Shown: positions 10,478-20,800, numbered from the stretch's first letter. The stretch is 64,000 nt of DNA from Candidatus Dormiibacterota bacterium (GCA_963708605.1 CAVPTG010000013.1:140748-204747); one strand, 5' to 3'. Notes: generated by a model from the letters alone, not told the origin. Numbers and translations are program-made.

Positions 10478-10495
10478 GGCGTTTGACGGGCCGGC

Positions 10496-12718
10496 GTGGC
10501 GCGCATCATTAGCGGTATGACGGATACGCTCGCCACGGCAGCGGTGCCGGCACCTCCTGCGGTCGCACGCGGCCACCTTCGGGTGTTCCTCGGAGCCACG
10601 CCGGGAAGTGGCAAGACCTTTGCGATGCTCCGTGAGGCGCACGACCGCCGCTCCCAGGGGGAGGACGTCGTCGTCGGGTACGTCGAGACGCACGGGCGCA
10701 AGCTCACCGAGCAGGCGATCGGCAGCCTCGAGGTCGTCCCACGTCTCAAGGCCGAGTACCACGGAAAGCTCATGGAGGAGATGGACCTCGACGCGATCCT
10801 CGTGCGCCACCCCCAGGTGGTGCTCGTCGATGAGCTCGCTCATACCAACGTGCCCGGCGTCCGCCACGCCAAGCGCTACGAGGATGTTGAGGAGATCCTC
10901 GACGCCGGGATAGACGTGGTCACCACCGTCAACGTGCAGCACCTCGAGTTGGTCAAGGACCTCGCCGAGCGCATAACCGGCATACCGGTTCGTGAGACTC
11001 TCCCCGACCAGGTTCTTGACAATGCTGACGAGATCCAGTTCATCGACATCTCCCCCGAGGCACTTCGCAAGCGCATGCGTCACGGCAACATCTACGCCCC
11101 GGAGAAGATCGACACGGCGCTCGCGAACTTCTTCAGGCCCGGAAACCTCGCTGCGCTGCGCGAGATCGCACTTCGACTTGTGGCGCAGACCGTCGGTCGC
11201 GCGCGAGGTGCCGTCCGCCCCGCTCCGCAATCGGTGCTCGTCGCCGTCAGCGGCCGTCAGAGCAGCGGTCCACTGATTCGCCGTGCGAGTCGTCTCGCGA
11301 GGCGCTTCGGCGGCTTCTGCACGGTGCTCGTGGTGACGGGACGTCACGATGAAGAGACCGCCAGCGGCAGAACCAAGGCCAGGGAGCTCGCAGAGCTGTT
11401 GCAGTGCGGGTTCATCGAGCGCCAGGGCAAGGTCGCCGACGCTGTGATCGGGGCTGCCCAGGAACTCAACGTGCAGCATGTCATTGTCGGTGAGGCAGCC
11501 CATCCCGGCGTGCGCGCCCGCCTGCGACGCGGACTCGTGGACCGGCTGATCACCGAGCTCCCGGATGTGAGCGTGCACGTCGTCGCCCGTCCGGCTCCGG
11601 TCAGCGACAATCCATTCGACAGCGAGCAGCGCCCTGACTCGGAGATGCTCCTCCGCGCCCTGCACGCGAGCGCGAGCCGGTCCGGACTACGCGTCTACCT
11701 CGGATATGCCCGGGGCTGTGGCACCACGGTCGCGATGCTCGACGAGGCGAATCGTCGCAGCCAGCGGGGCACGGACGTTGTCGTCGCAGCGGTGAAGACC
11801 GATGGCCGCAACCGCTGCGAGATCGCCCTCGGTGACCTCGAGATGCTCGGCGGGCGAACGTCGCCTGCGCGAGAAGGCATGGTTGACGTGGAAGCGCTGC
11901 TCCGCCGCAACCCGGAGGTCGCGTGCCTCGACGATCTCGCGGGGGTTGACACGCAGGGTCGACCGATCACCGAGGCAGTACCCCGCTTGCTGCGTGCCGG
12001 GATGATGCTGATCGCGACCCTGCACCTCACCGACCTCCGCAGCACCGTCGACGGCATGGGCGCGATGCTCGGGCCACGTCCAGCACATGTTGTGGATGAC
12101 GCCTTCCTCGACGAGGTGACCGAGCTCGAGATCGTCGACATCACGCCTTCGCTCCTGGATGAACGGCTCCGCCGAGGTGAGATCGTCCCGGCGAGCGAGG
12201 CGGCTCGGGCTCGTGCCCTCGCGTTCCGACCCGAGGTCCTCGCCTCGCTCCGCGAGCTGGCCTTCCGAATCCTTGCCGAGCACACCGATCGCCGTCTGAT
12301 TGCGTACATGCGCGACCGCGGGATCGAGACGCCGTGGGAGGTGAAGCCCCGCGTCATGCTCTGCGTGCCGCCGCGCTCCGGCATGGAGGACGTTATCGCC
12401 AGCACCGCGGCGCTCGCCGCTCGACTCGACGGCAAGATGACCGCGGTCACGGTTCGCGATCGCAAGCGCTCCGAGCAGGAGATGCAACTCCTCGGTACCT
12501 ACGCCGCCCTCACCCACCAGGCCGACGGGACCTTTGTGACTCTGTACGACCGCGACCCTGCCAGTGCCCTCACGCACTACGCGCGCAAGATCCTGGCCAC
12601 CGAGATCGTCGTCACCCGTGGTCGCGGACGTCGCGGGACGCTTCGCAAGCTGATCGAGCTCCTCACCGATGTTGACATCCACGTGCTCGCGACCCCGCAC
12701 GGGGCTTCAGCAGCCTGA
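10496..12718 (+). CDS. kdpD: Cytoplasmic tandem [KdpD N-terminal sensor domain + USP domain] x2 protein; no TM or kinase domains
   Basis: Residues 1-375 align with E. coli KdpD-N (LRVFLGATPGSGKTFAML...TVNVQHLE...GNIY...FFRPGNL) followed by a USP domain. Residues ~390-740 repeat the same two domains, with a degenerate P-loop (GYARGCGTT). Confidence 0.85.
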   Translation: MARIISGMTDTLATAAVPAPPAVARGHLRVFLGATPGSGKTFAMLREAHDRRSQGEDVVVGYVETHGRKLTEQAIGSLEVVPRLKAEYHGKLMEEMDLDAILVRHPQVVLVDELAHTNVPGVRHAKRYEDVEEILDAGIDVVTTVNVQHLELVKDLAERITGIPVRETLPDQVLDNADEIQFIDISPEALRKRMRHGNIYAPEKIDTALANFFRPGNLAALREIALRLVAQTVGRARGAVRPAPQSVLVAVSGRQSSGPLIRRASRLARRFGGFCTVLVVTGRHDEETASGRTKARELAELLQCGFIERQGKVADAVIGAAQELNVQHVIVGEAAHPGVRARLRRGLVDRLITELPDVSVHVVARPAPVSDNPFDSEQRPDSEMLLRALHASASRSGLRVYLGYARGCGTTVAMLDEANRRSQRGTDVVVAAVKTDGRNRCEIALGDLEMLGGRTSPAREGMVDVEALLRRNPEVACLDDLAGVDTQGRPITEAVPRLLRAGMMLIATLHLTDLRSTVDGMGAMLGPRPAHVVDDAFLDEVTELEIVDITPSLLDERLRRGEIVPASEAARARALAFRPEVLASLRELAFRILAEHTDRRLIAYMRDRGIETPWEVKPRVMLCVPPRSGMEDVIASTAALAARLDGKMTAVTVRDRKRSEQEMQLLGTYAALTHQADGTFVTLYDRDPASALTHYARKILATEIVVTRGRGRRGTLRKLIELLTDVDIHVLATPHGASAA

Positions 12719-12746
12719 GTCCTCGTGCTCGACACGTCGCGCTCTT

Positions 12747-13952
12747 CTAGGACACGGCCGCCGGATCAGTGACCGCGGGATCCGCGTGAACCGCCTCAAT
12801 GGGAGCGGCCGGGAGCGTGAACGCGAAGACGGCGCCACCGCCCATCTCGGGATCGTCAAGCCAGATCCGCCCGGCGTGTGCCTCGACGATCCCGCGGGCG
12901 ATCGCAAGCCCGAGACCGGTGCCCTCTGCCCCTGACTGCTCATCGCGGACGAAACGGTCGAAGACTCGGTCGCGCAGGCCGGCGTCGACGCCGGGACCGT
13001 GGTCGATGACACGCGTGACGATCGTTCCGCGGACTCCCGGGGCCACGTGGATCTCGATCGGTGACGTCGGAGGTGCATAGCGGTCTGCGTTCACGAGAAG
13101 GTTGTCCAGAACCTGGCCGATCCGGTCCCAGTCGGCAACCGCTTCGAGCGAACCCGGCTCGATGCTCACGCGGACGGTGCGCGTGGGACGGATCTGCTTG
13201 AGGCGCCCGACCGCCGCCTCGACAGCATCACCGACATCGATATCCTCGAGGCGGAGTTCGAGCGCATGCCCCTCGATGCGAGCCAGGTCGAGCATGTCGC
13301 CCACCAGCCGATCGAGCCTCCGGGACTGGGTGACGATGCCGGAGAGACCGTCGCGAACAGCCCCCGGCACATCGGTGCGACCGAGGAGCACCGTCGCACC
13401 GGTGAGAATGCTCGCCAGCGGCGTGCGCAACTCGTGGCTGACGTTCTGGAGCAGTTCACGCCGCACACGGTCCGCGTCTCGCAGCGCGGAGATCTGCTGC
13501 TGGGTCTGCGCAAGCCGGACCGCCGTCCGGGCCGACGCCGCCTGCTCCTGGTACAACCGCTCGAGCTCAACGTTCGCCTCGGCGAGCGTTCGGGTCAGCC
13601 GGTGCGCCTCGATCATCGCGCCCCGACGAAGCGCGGCGACCCCGCCGACCGCGCTGGCGGTCGCGAAGAAGATGACCAGGTAGAGGACGTCGCCCGGATT
13701 GGCGAGGCTGAGGCTGTCCACCGGAGGAAAGAAGAAGTAGTCGCCGAGGACGGATGACAGCACCGCGGCGACCAGCGCCGGGATGAGCCCGGTGAGCAGG
13801 CCGAGTGAAGCGACAATCCCCAGGTAGAGAAAGACGTAGGCGTGCGCTTCCGACGTCGGCAACTGGGCCAGGATCAGGGTCAGGAGCGGCGGACTCACCA
13901 ACGCGATGACGATCCCGGTGACGAGCACGCGATCGGTGCGGAGGCGAGTCAT
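12747..13952 (-). CDS. KdpD-like sensor histidine kinase core (DUF4118 TM domain + HisKA + HATPase), lacking the KdpD-N/USP/GAF regions
   Basis: TM region with the FFFPP motif; HELRTPL H-box; N/G1/G2 boxes (GTGLGLAIA). ATG overlaps the stop of the upstream exonuclease reading frame (TGATG). Confidence 0.8.
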   Translation of the reverse strand: MTRLRTDRVLVTGIVIALVSPPLLTLILAQLPTSEAHAYVFLYLGIVASLGLLTGLIPALVAAVLSSVLGDYFFFPPVDSLSLANPGDVLYLVIFFATASAVGGVAALRRGAMIEAHRLTRTLAEANVELERLYQEQAASARTAVRLAQTQQQISALRDADRVRRELLQNVSHELRTPLASILTGATVLLGRTDVPGAVRDGLSGIVTQSRRLDRLVGDMLDLARIEGHALELRLEDIDVGDAVEAAVGRLKQIRPTRTVRVSIEPGSLEAVADWDRIGQVLDNLLVNADRYAPPTSPIEIHVAPGVRGTIVTRVIDHGPGVDAGLRDRVFDRFVRDEQSGAEGTGLGLAIARGIVEAHAGRIWLDDPEMGGGAVFAFTLPAAPIEAVHADPAVTDPAAVS

Positions 13953-14816
13953 CAGGACGTGGCCAGCTGCTCGTTGAGCGCATCGACAAGACGGCTCGAC
14001 GCGGCCTGCAGGCCGTGCTCGGCCATCAGGCTGTTGAGCGCCGCGGGGTCCGCCGGATAGTGGTCGCGCCGGCCTTCCGGAAGCTCGATCGGGAGGTCGG
14101 GGACCGGTGGAACCACCCGGCTCGCTCGCGTCAGATAGTCCTGGTCGTGCTCGCTCAGCCGCCGGGACTTCGAGAAGCGCCGCGACGCCACCATGCTGGC
14201 GGATCATCGAGGCGGCAGCGACTGCGCCAACGCCTTTCAACCCCGGCAGCCCATCCGACGGATCGCCACGCAGCATCGCGTAATCCGCGTAGCGACGCCC
14301 TGGGATCCCGTAGCGCCGGGTCACCTCGGATTCGTCGACGAGTGCCCATGCCCCCTTCTCCGGGTAGAGCACCGTGACCCGCGGGTCCTCGACCAGCGCG
14401 AACAGGTCGCGGTCACCACTCACGATCTCGACGGTCGCGGCGGCCCTCGCGGTCCAGGTGGCGATGACGTCCTCCGCCTCGTACCCGGCGACGCCGAGCG
14501 CATCGATGCCGATCGCGGCAAGGAACGCGTCGATGACCGGCATCTGCGGGATGAGTGCCGGCGGGATCGGCTCCGCGACCCGCTGCGCTTTGTATCCCGG
14601 GATCAGCGCCACCCGCCAGTCCGGGCGCCAGTCGGCATCACTCGCGATCGCCAGGTGCTTCGGCTCCCTGGTGCCGGCCAGCCGCGTCAGCGTCTCGAGG
14701 AATCCCCGTGCGGCGTTGATCAGCCTTCCGTCCGGGGACCGCACCGTCTTGGGGACGCCGTAGAAGGCGCGGAAGATGAGGCTGGACCCGTCGACGAAGA
14801 GCCAGTCGCAGGACAT
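13952..14816 (-). pseudogene. 5'-3' exonuclease (FEN/Pol I N-terminal-like), reading frame interrupted near 14170-14200
   Basis: N-terminal PIN domain (WLFVDGSSLIFRAFYG) and H3TH motif (LPGLKGVGAVAAASMIRQHGGVAALLE) lie in one frame. The plausible C-terminus (...LSEHDQDYLTRASRVVPPVPDLPIELPEG...LATS*) lies in another frame, ending exactly at the kinase start. This could be a sequencing indel or a genuine frameshift. Confidence 0.65.
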
Positions 14817-14903
14817 CGACCGTCTACCGGCACCCATTCATGTGCGCGGCCATCGTAGCGTCCACCGGCTCGCTCCTCCGGGCTCATCTGCGACGCTTCC
14901 GGT

Positions 14904-15497
14904 ATGCGCGCCGACATCCCGGAGTTGATCGTCGCGGACGCCGCCGCGTGGCGAGCCTGGCTCGCGGAGAACCACGCCAACCCCGCCGGGGTCTGGCTCG
15001 TCCTGTCCAAGAAAGGCACCACCCAGCCAACCGCGCTCACGTACGCTCAGGCCCTCGACGAGGCGCTCTGCCATGGCTGGATCGACGGCCAGGCCGCCCC
15101 GCGGGATGACACGACGTACCAGCAGCGGTTCACGCCACGGCGGGTACGAAGCAACTGGTCGGCGCGCAACGTCGGGATCGTGCGCCGGCTGCGCTCCGAG
15201 GGCCGGATGCATCCCGCCGGGGAGGCCGAGGTCGAGCGGGCGCAGCGCGACGGGCGCTGGGAGGCCGCCTACTCGGGCCCGGCATCCAGCGAGGTGCCAC
15301 GCGACCTCGCGGCGGCGCTGGCGGCGCAACCGCCGGCACAGGCGATGTTCGAGATCCTGACGAGCCAGAATCGCTACGCGATCCTCTATCGCCTCGGGAG
15401 CGTGAAGCAGCAGGCCACCCGCGAGCGGCGCATCGATCAGTTCGTGGCGATGCTCGCCCGCGGCGAGACCTTCTACCCGCAGAAGCGCACCCTCTGA
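14904..15497 (+). CDS. YdeI/OmpD-associated family protein
   Basis: N-terminal AAWRAWLAENH...GVWLV and C-terminal FEILTSQNRYAILYRL motifs are typical of this family. Confidence 0.55.
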   Translation: MRADIPELIVADAAAWRAWLAENHANPAGVWLVLSKKGTTQPTALTYAQALDEALCHGWIDGQAAPRDDTTYQQRFTPRRVRSNWSARNVGIVRRLRSEGRMHPAGEAEVERAQRDGRWEAAYSGPASSEVPRDLAAALAAQPPAQAMFEILTSQNRYAILYRLGSVKQQATRERRIDQFVAMLARGETFYPQKRTL

Positions 15498-15509
15498 CGC
15501 GCGCTGGGG

Positions 15510-15797
15510 TCAGGGGGTGGGAGCAGGCGGGGCGAGCGGCGCGGCGCCTTCGGGCGAGGGCAGCTGAGGCGGGGGGCCCGATGCCGGCGGGGCGAAGGAT
15601 GGCAGCGTGGCCGGTACGGGCTGCATCGGCGCGTCCGGCGGTGCGCTCGCCGCCGGCGGGGGCTCCGCAGCCGGGCCATCGACCGGTGGCGGCTCCGGAG
15701 GCGCGGGCGGCTTCTGCAGGTTGTCCACCTGACGCTGCACGGCGTGCTGCGCGTCCTGCGCTGCCTTCTTCACGTCATCGAGAAAACCCATATCCAT
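15510..15797 (-). CDS. Small proline-rich hypothetical protein
   Basis: N-terminal MDMGFLDDVKKAAQDAQHAVQRQVDNL, then a Pro/Ala-rich tail. Confidence 0.35.
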   Translation of the reverse strand: MDMGFLDDVKKAAQDAQHAVQRQVDNLQKPPAPPEPPPVDGPAAEPPPAASAPPDAPMQPVPATLPSFAPPASGPPPQLPSPEGAAPLAPPAPTP

Positions 15798-16062
15798 GCC
15801 CTTCGTGGACGCTGCCTGTTTCGCACAGCATATGAGGTCGCGGGGCGGCGGAGCGCGAACCGGTCAGGTCGTGTGGCGGTGCGCGCGACGGATCAACCAG
15901 TTCGCAGCGATGCCGGCTCGCAGCGAGCTCAACCAATTGCCCGGGCCACCACCATCGCTCATCACTCCTTAGCCGGCCGTTACCCCGACGACAAAGCGTC
16001 CTTAAGGACCCGGAGATCATCTTGGGCGCTGAGAGATGCCCGGGTTCGTTTGAGGAGGAGTC

Positions 16063-17595
16063 ATGTCCACACGACCATTGATCACGCTCGCACTGGTGGG
16101 GACGGCCACCATCGCCAGCGCGTCGCTCGCCACCGTGACCGGGGCGAGCGCGGCTCCCCCGGCGCACAACAGCGCCAGCACCACCACGTCACCGATCAAA
16201 CACGTGGTCGTGCTCTTCCAGGAGAACGTCTCCTTTGATCACTACTTCGGCACCTATCCGAAGGCCACCAACGCCGACGGACAGCACTTCAAGGCGAAGC
16301 CGGGAACGCCCGCCATCAATGGGCTCACGCCGGCGCTGCTGACCGCGAACCCGAACGGGGTGAACCCGCAGCGGCTCGGTGTCGCGAATGCGCTCACATG
16401 CGATCAGAACCACGACTACACGCCAGAGCAGCAGGCCCTCGACGGCGGCTTGGTGGACAAGTTCCCGACATACACTCAGGTCGAGAGCTGCTCGCCGCCC
16501 GACACCGCACCTCCCGGCCTCGTCATGGACTACTACGACGGCAACACCGTCACCGCGCTCTGGAACTACGCGCAGCGCTTCGCGATGAGCGACAACAACT
16601 TCGACACGACGTTCGGACCGTCCACGCCTGGTGTGCTGAACCTCGTGTCCGGGCAGACCCACGGCGCGACCCCGGCGGTGCTCGCGGGCGTGACCGACAA
16701 CGGCACCATCTACGGTGACGCCGACCCGGCCTATGACCAGTGCTCCGCAGGCTCGACGGTCTCCATGTCGGGTACCAACATCGGCAACGAGCTCTCCGCA
16801 GCGCACGTCACCTGGGGATGGTTCGAAGGTGGCTTCACGCCGACTGGGTCATCCGGCGGTAAGGCGGTGTGCGGCGCCAGCCATACCAACATCGGGGGTG
16901 CAGTGGTCACCGACTACAGCGCGCATCACAATCCGTTCGAGTACTACGCGAGCACGTCGAACCCTGCGCACGTTCCCCCGGCCGATGAGGCCGAGGTCGG
17001 CCACAACGGACAGGCGAACCATCAGTACGACCTCAGCTACTTCTACAAGAGCCTGACCCATGGCAATCTGCCCGCGGTCAGCTTCGTCAAGGCGCCGCGG
17101 TACCAGGACGGCCATGCCGGCTACTCCGATCCGATCGACGAGCAGACCTACCTGGTGAAGACCATCAATGCCATCGAGCGTTCGCAGTTCTGGAAGTCGA
17201 CCGCGATCGTCATCGCCTACGACGATTCGGACGGTTGGTACGACCATGTGATGCCTCCAATCATCAACTCGTCGGCTTCGGTCGAGGACGCGCTCTCGGG
17301 CACCGGGCTGTGCGGCCACGGCACGCCGGCCGGCGGGTTCGAGGATCGCTGCGGCTACAGCCAGCGTCTGCCCCTGCTCGTGATCTCGCCCTACGCGCGC
17401 GAGAACTCGGTTGACAGCTCCCTCACCGACACGACCTCACTGCTTCGGTTCATCGAAGACAACTGGTCGTTGCCACGCATCGGCGGTGGGTCCTTCGACG
17501 CGCTCGCCGGCACGATCGACGGGATGTTCAACTTCCACCATCGGAATGCGACCCCGCTGATCCTCAATCCATCGACGGGAGAGCCGGCGATCTAA
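16063..17595 (+). CDS. Secreted phosphoesterase-family enzyme (non-haemolytic phospholipase C / AcpA acid phosphatase family)
   Basis: Signal peptide; HVVVLFQENVSFDHYFGTYP phosphoesterase signature; GAGGAGG RBS upstream of the ATG. Confidence 0.85.
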   Translation: MSTRPLITLALVGTATIASASLATVTGASAAPPAHNSASTTTSPIKHVVVLFQENVSFDHYFGTYPKATNADGQHFKAKPGTPAINGLTPALLTANPNGVNPQRLGVANALTCDQNHDYTPEQQALDGGLVDKFPTYTQVESCSPPDTAPPGLVMDYYDGNTVTALWNYAQRFAMSDNNFDTTFGPSTPGVLNLVSGQTHGATPAVLAGVTDNGTIYGDADPAYDQCSAGSTVSMSGTNIGNELSAAHVTWGWFEGGFTPTGSSGGKAVCGASHTNIGGAVVTDYSAHHNPFEYYASTSNPAHVPPADEAEVGHNGQANHQYDLSYFYKSLTHGNLPAVSFVKAPRYQDGHAGYSDPIDEQTYLVKTINAIERSQFWKSTAIVIAYDDSDGWYDHVMPPIINSSASVEDALSGTGLCGHGTPAGGFEDRCGYSQRLPLLVISPYARENSVDSSLTDTTSLLRFIEDNWSLPRIGGGSFDALAGTIDGMFNFHHRNATPLILNPSTGEPAI

Positions 17596-17623
17596 CCTCG
17601 CCACCGCAAACATCCTCCTTCCG

Positions 17624-17668
17624 AGAGCGGGACGCGTCCGGCGTCCCGCTCTCCCCCCGTTTTTTCTG
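17624..17668 (+). terminator. Rho-independent terminator after the phosphoesterase gene
   Basis: Perfect 12-bp stem (agagcgggacgc / gcgtcccgctct) with a 5-nt loop, followed by ccccccgttttttc. Confidence 0.6.
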
Positions 17669-17838
17669 TGGTCGTGGTCAGGGTCCGCTGACCCAGCGAG
17701 CAAATGTCGGTCAGCTCGTCGCGAACCACATCAACTTCCCCCGGCCAGACGGTGCTGCGTGACGGGGGAGCGCAGGGGGCGGCGCACGCGTCCGTGGCCA
17801 TCGTCAGCGGGGACCCGGTCCCGAGTACGGGCCTTCGA

Positions 17839-20800
17839 CTACTGGAACCAGCCCGCGAGGTCGAGGATCGCATTGATCGTGCCAAAGGCGTTGTACAGAG
17901 CCACATCACCCACAGACGGCACGCTCTGGGCGACGCCGACGATCGACAGATTCGCTCTGACCTCGCCGGCGAGCGCGTTCAGGTCCGAGGCGCGCGGGAC
18001 TTGAACGACATTGGCCGGGAAGAGCGTGAACAGCGTGGTTGCATTCCCCGCCACCGCCGTCACATTGGCGACGATCGCAATCGGTGGCGTTCCGCTCATC
18101 ACCGGCACCTCGTGGACCCCCGCGACCGGGATCGCCAGTGTGGAATTGCCGCCGAGCGTCTCGCCTGCGCACTCGGTGCCTGAGCCGGTGCGAGTGTCAC
18201 AAATGCGCGTCGGTGCGACTGAGTTGAACAGAGCACCCACCGTCGTTTCGGCGCCCGTGCCGAACCACCCGTCGACATCGATGATGAAGTCGACGCTCCC
18301 CACCGCGTTGAAGACGCACACGTCATTCCGCGGTCCGAGCGCTGAGATCACACGGTTGGGCAAACTCTGATTCGCCGCCGGGTTCACGTTGGAAACCAAC
18401 GGCCGGGCCGGACATTGGTCGCTGCTGTTCGGTGGGGCGACCGCGAGGTAGGTTGCCTGGGTATCCGCGGTTGCCGTGAGATTGAAGACGGCGGTCGCGG
18501 CTGTTCCGTCGGATGGTATCGACGGGGTTGAAGGAGGAGCTCCAGGTGGCAGGCCGGACAGCACGACATCGCGCCAGGTCCCGCCTGCGACCCGGCCGCC
18601 GCACCCGATTCGAGTGTCGCATCGTCTCAACGGCGCAATGCTGTGGAATTCGCCGGGAACGATCCCGGAACCTACGGGAGTGGCGAAGTATCCCTCGACA
18701 TCCACAATCACGTCGGCAACTCCAACGGCGTTGTAGAGCGTTATCGCCCCCGCGGCGCTGAGCTGCACGATCGCCAGGTTGGTCGCGACGCCGCTGTGCT
18801 GGATATTGATATTGGACGCGAGAGGCCGCGCGACGCCTGTCGGATACGCGGTGATAAGGGTGCTCGAATTCGTGTCATTGACCGCAGTCAAATTGACTAC
18901 GACGGAGCGAGCTCCGGCCGGCACCACTCCCCCGGTGATCTGAACGTTCAGGGTGCCACCGGAGCCGAGAGCCCTTCCCTTGCACTGATTCGGCGGTATG
19001 GTCGAGGCGGACCGGGTGTCGCATGCGCGGAACGGCGTGATCGCGTGATAAGCGGTCGGGTCGAGGTACACATACGCGGACGGGTCAACAGCCGTGCTGT
19101 GGTCGGGATTGGTGATGGTCAGCGCGGCGGCTCCCGCTCCATTGGATGGCGGTACGGTTGCCGACCACGAGTTGGTGCCCGTGCTGGTGAGCGTCAACGG
19201 GTGGCCGCCGAGAGACATCGCCACCCCGGGTTGGAGGTCGACCCCGGTGATATGAATCGTTCCACCACCGGACGGCGGCCCCGATGCCGGCGTGAGGGTC
19301 AGGACGCCCGGGCCAACTTCGAGCTTGCCCGCGCCCCAGGTCGGGGCCGCCCTGCTGTTGGTGAGCGGAGTCGTGTTCGCGGACTGTGCGAGCAGCGACT
19401 TCGCCTGTGCGACGTCGATTGTGGGCTGCTGTTCGAGCAAGAGTGCAAGCGCACCCGCGACATGCGGAGAGGCCATGCTCGTGCCCTGGAGGAACAGGTG
19501 GTTGCCGTCTGATGGCTCGCATCCCTCGAATGAGCCGGCGGGACAATCACCGGCGATCGTTCCCTCTGCCGCCACGGAGGAGAGCGAGGAACCGATCTCC
19601 TCGCCGGGAGCAACGATGTCGATCCCAGTGCGACCATCCAGGGTGGGCCCGTGGCCGCTGAAGCTGCTGATGGCGCCTACGACTGAGGAGTCCGTCTGCG
19701 TGCCGAGATAACTGGGCCAGGAGTTCCTGCTGACATAGCTGCCGACGGCGATGACGTCGTGCGCGCTCGCGGGTTCGTCGAGCGTCGAATTGTCGTTTCC
19801 GTCGCCGACGTAGAAGAAGTAGTCCCCCTGATCAAACGTCCATGCGTTGTACTCACCACTCGGCGTCGTGTTACCCCGCAGCAGCACCTGAAAGTCGTTG
19901 AAACATGGGAAGGTCACTGAACAATCGATCCCGTCCGCTGGGGAGATGAGGCCCGCGGCACCGCCCGAATTCGCGTTGAAGAGGGCTATCTGGATTTCAT
20001 TCATACCGTTGCTGGGCATGTGCGTGCACGAGAGGATCTCGAGAACATTGCCTTGGGTATCAGTGAATTCGTCCCCTCCGGGCGTCGGCTGGGTACACGC
20101 GCCGCCCTCTCCTGAGACGCCGGTTGTATCGGGCGACACCCAGGCCGTCTGGCCATGGCCGGGTTCATTGATCGCCGCTGAGATTGAGTTTGCTCCCGGG
20201 TACCAGAGGTCGAGAAATATGGGCATGGCCTGCGCAACAAGGCCGTCAGTCCGCACTTGCCCAAATGCCACCGTTCCACTGGCGTGATAGTGAAACGACG
20301 GATCGTTGGTCGCTTCATTGCCACCCGCGACGCTGACAAGCTTTCCCGGACCAGTGAGCGCGTCGAGCATCGTTTCGAATATGTCGCTGCCGTCATGGGG
20401 ACCCACGTTGGTACCGAGGCTGATATTCACCGAGGCGGGTTCGCCACGCGACCCTGCAACCTTGAAGATGTACGCAACCCCGTCTACGATGTGCGCGAGG
20501 TTACCGTCGTTCTTGACAATGACGAGGTCCGACTCCGGCGCTACGCCGATATAGGTTCCCCAGGATGCCGCGCGTCCGTCGGAGGCTGCGATCCCGGCGA
20601 CGTGTGTCCCGTGCCCATCGCAGTCCTCTTCAGGCAAGGATTCGGGGGCGGACCCCACAACGCCAACCGGCGTATCACAGGGATCAGGCCCGTACTGGCT
20701 GTACGAGAACGGACCGCAGGCTGCTGCTTTGATCGCCGATTGGCTGCACTCGGCGCCATACGTGAATCCCTGCGAGTTGGGTGGCTGAGCGGGGCAACTG

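Noticed and set aside
10259-11665. 468-aa minus-strand ORF
   Set aside because: Antisense to kdpC and the KdpD-N gene; no family resemblance.
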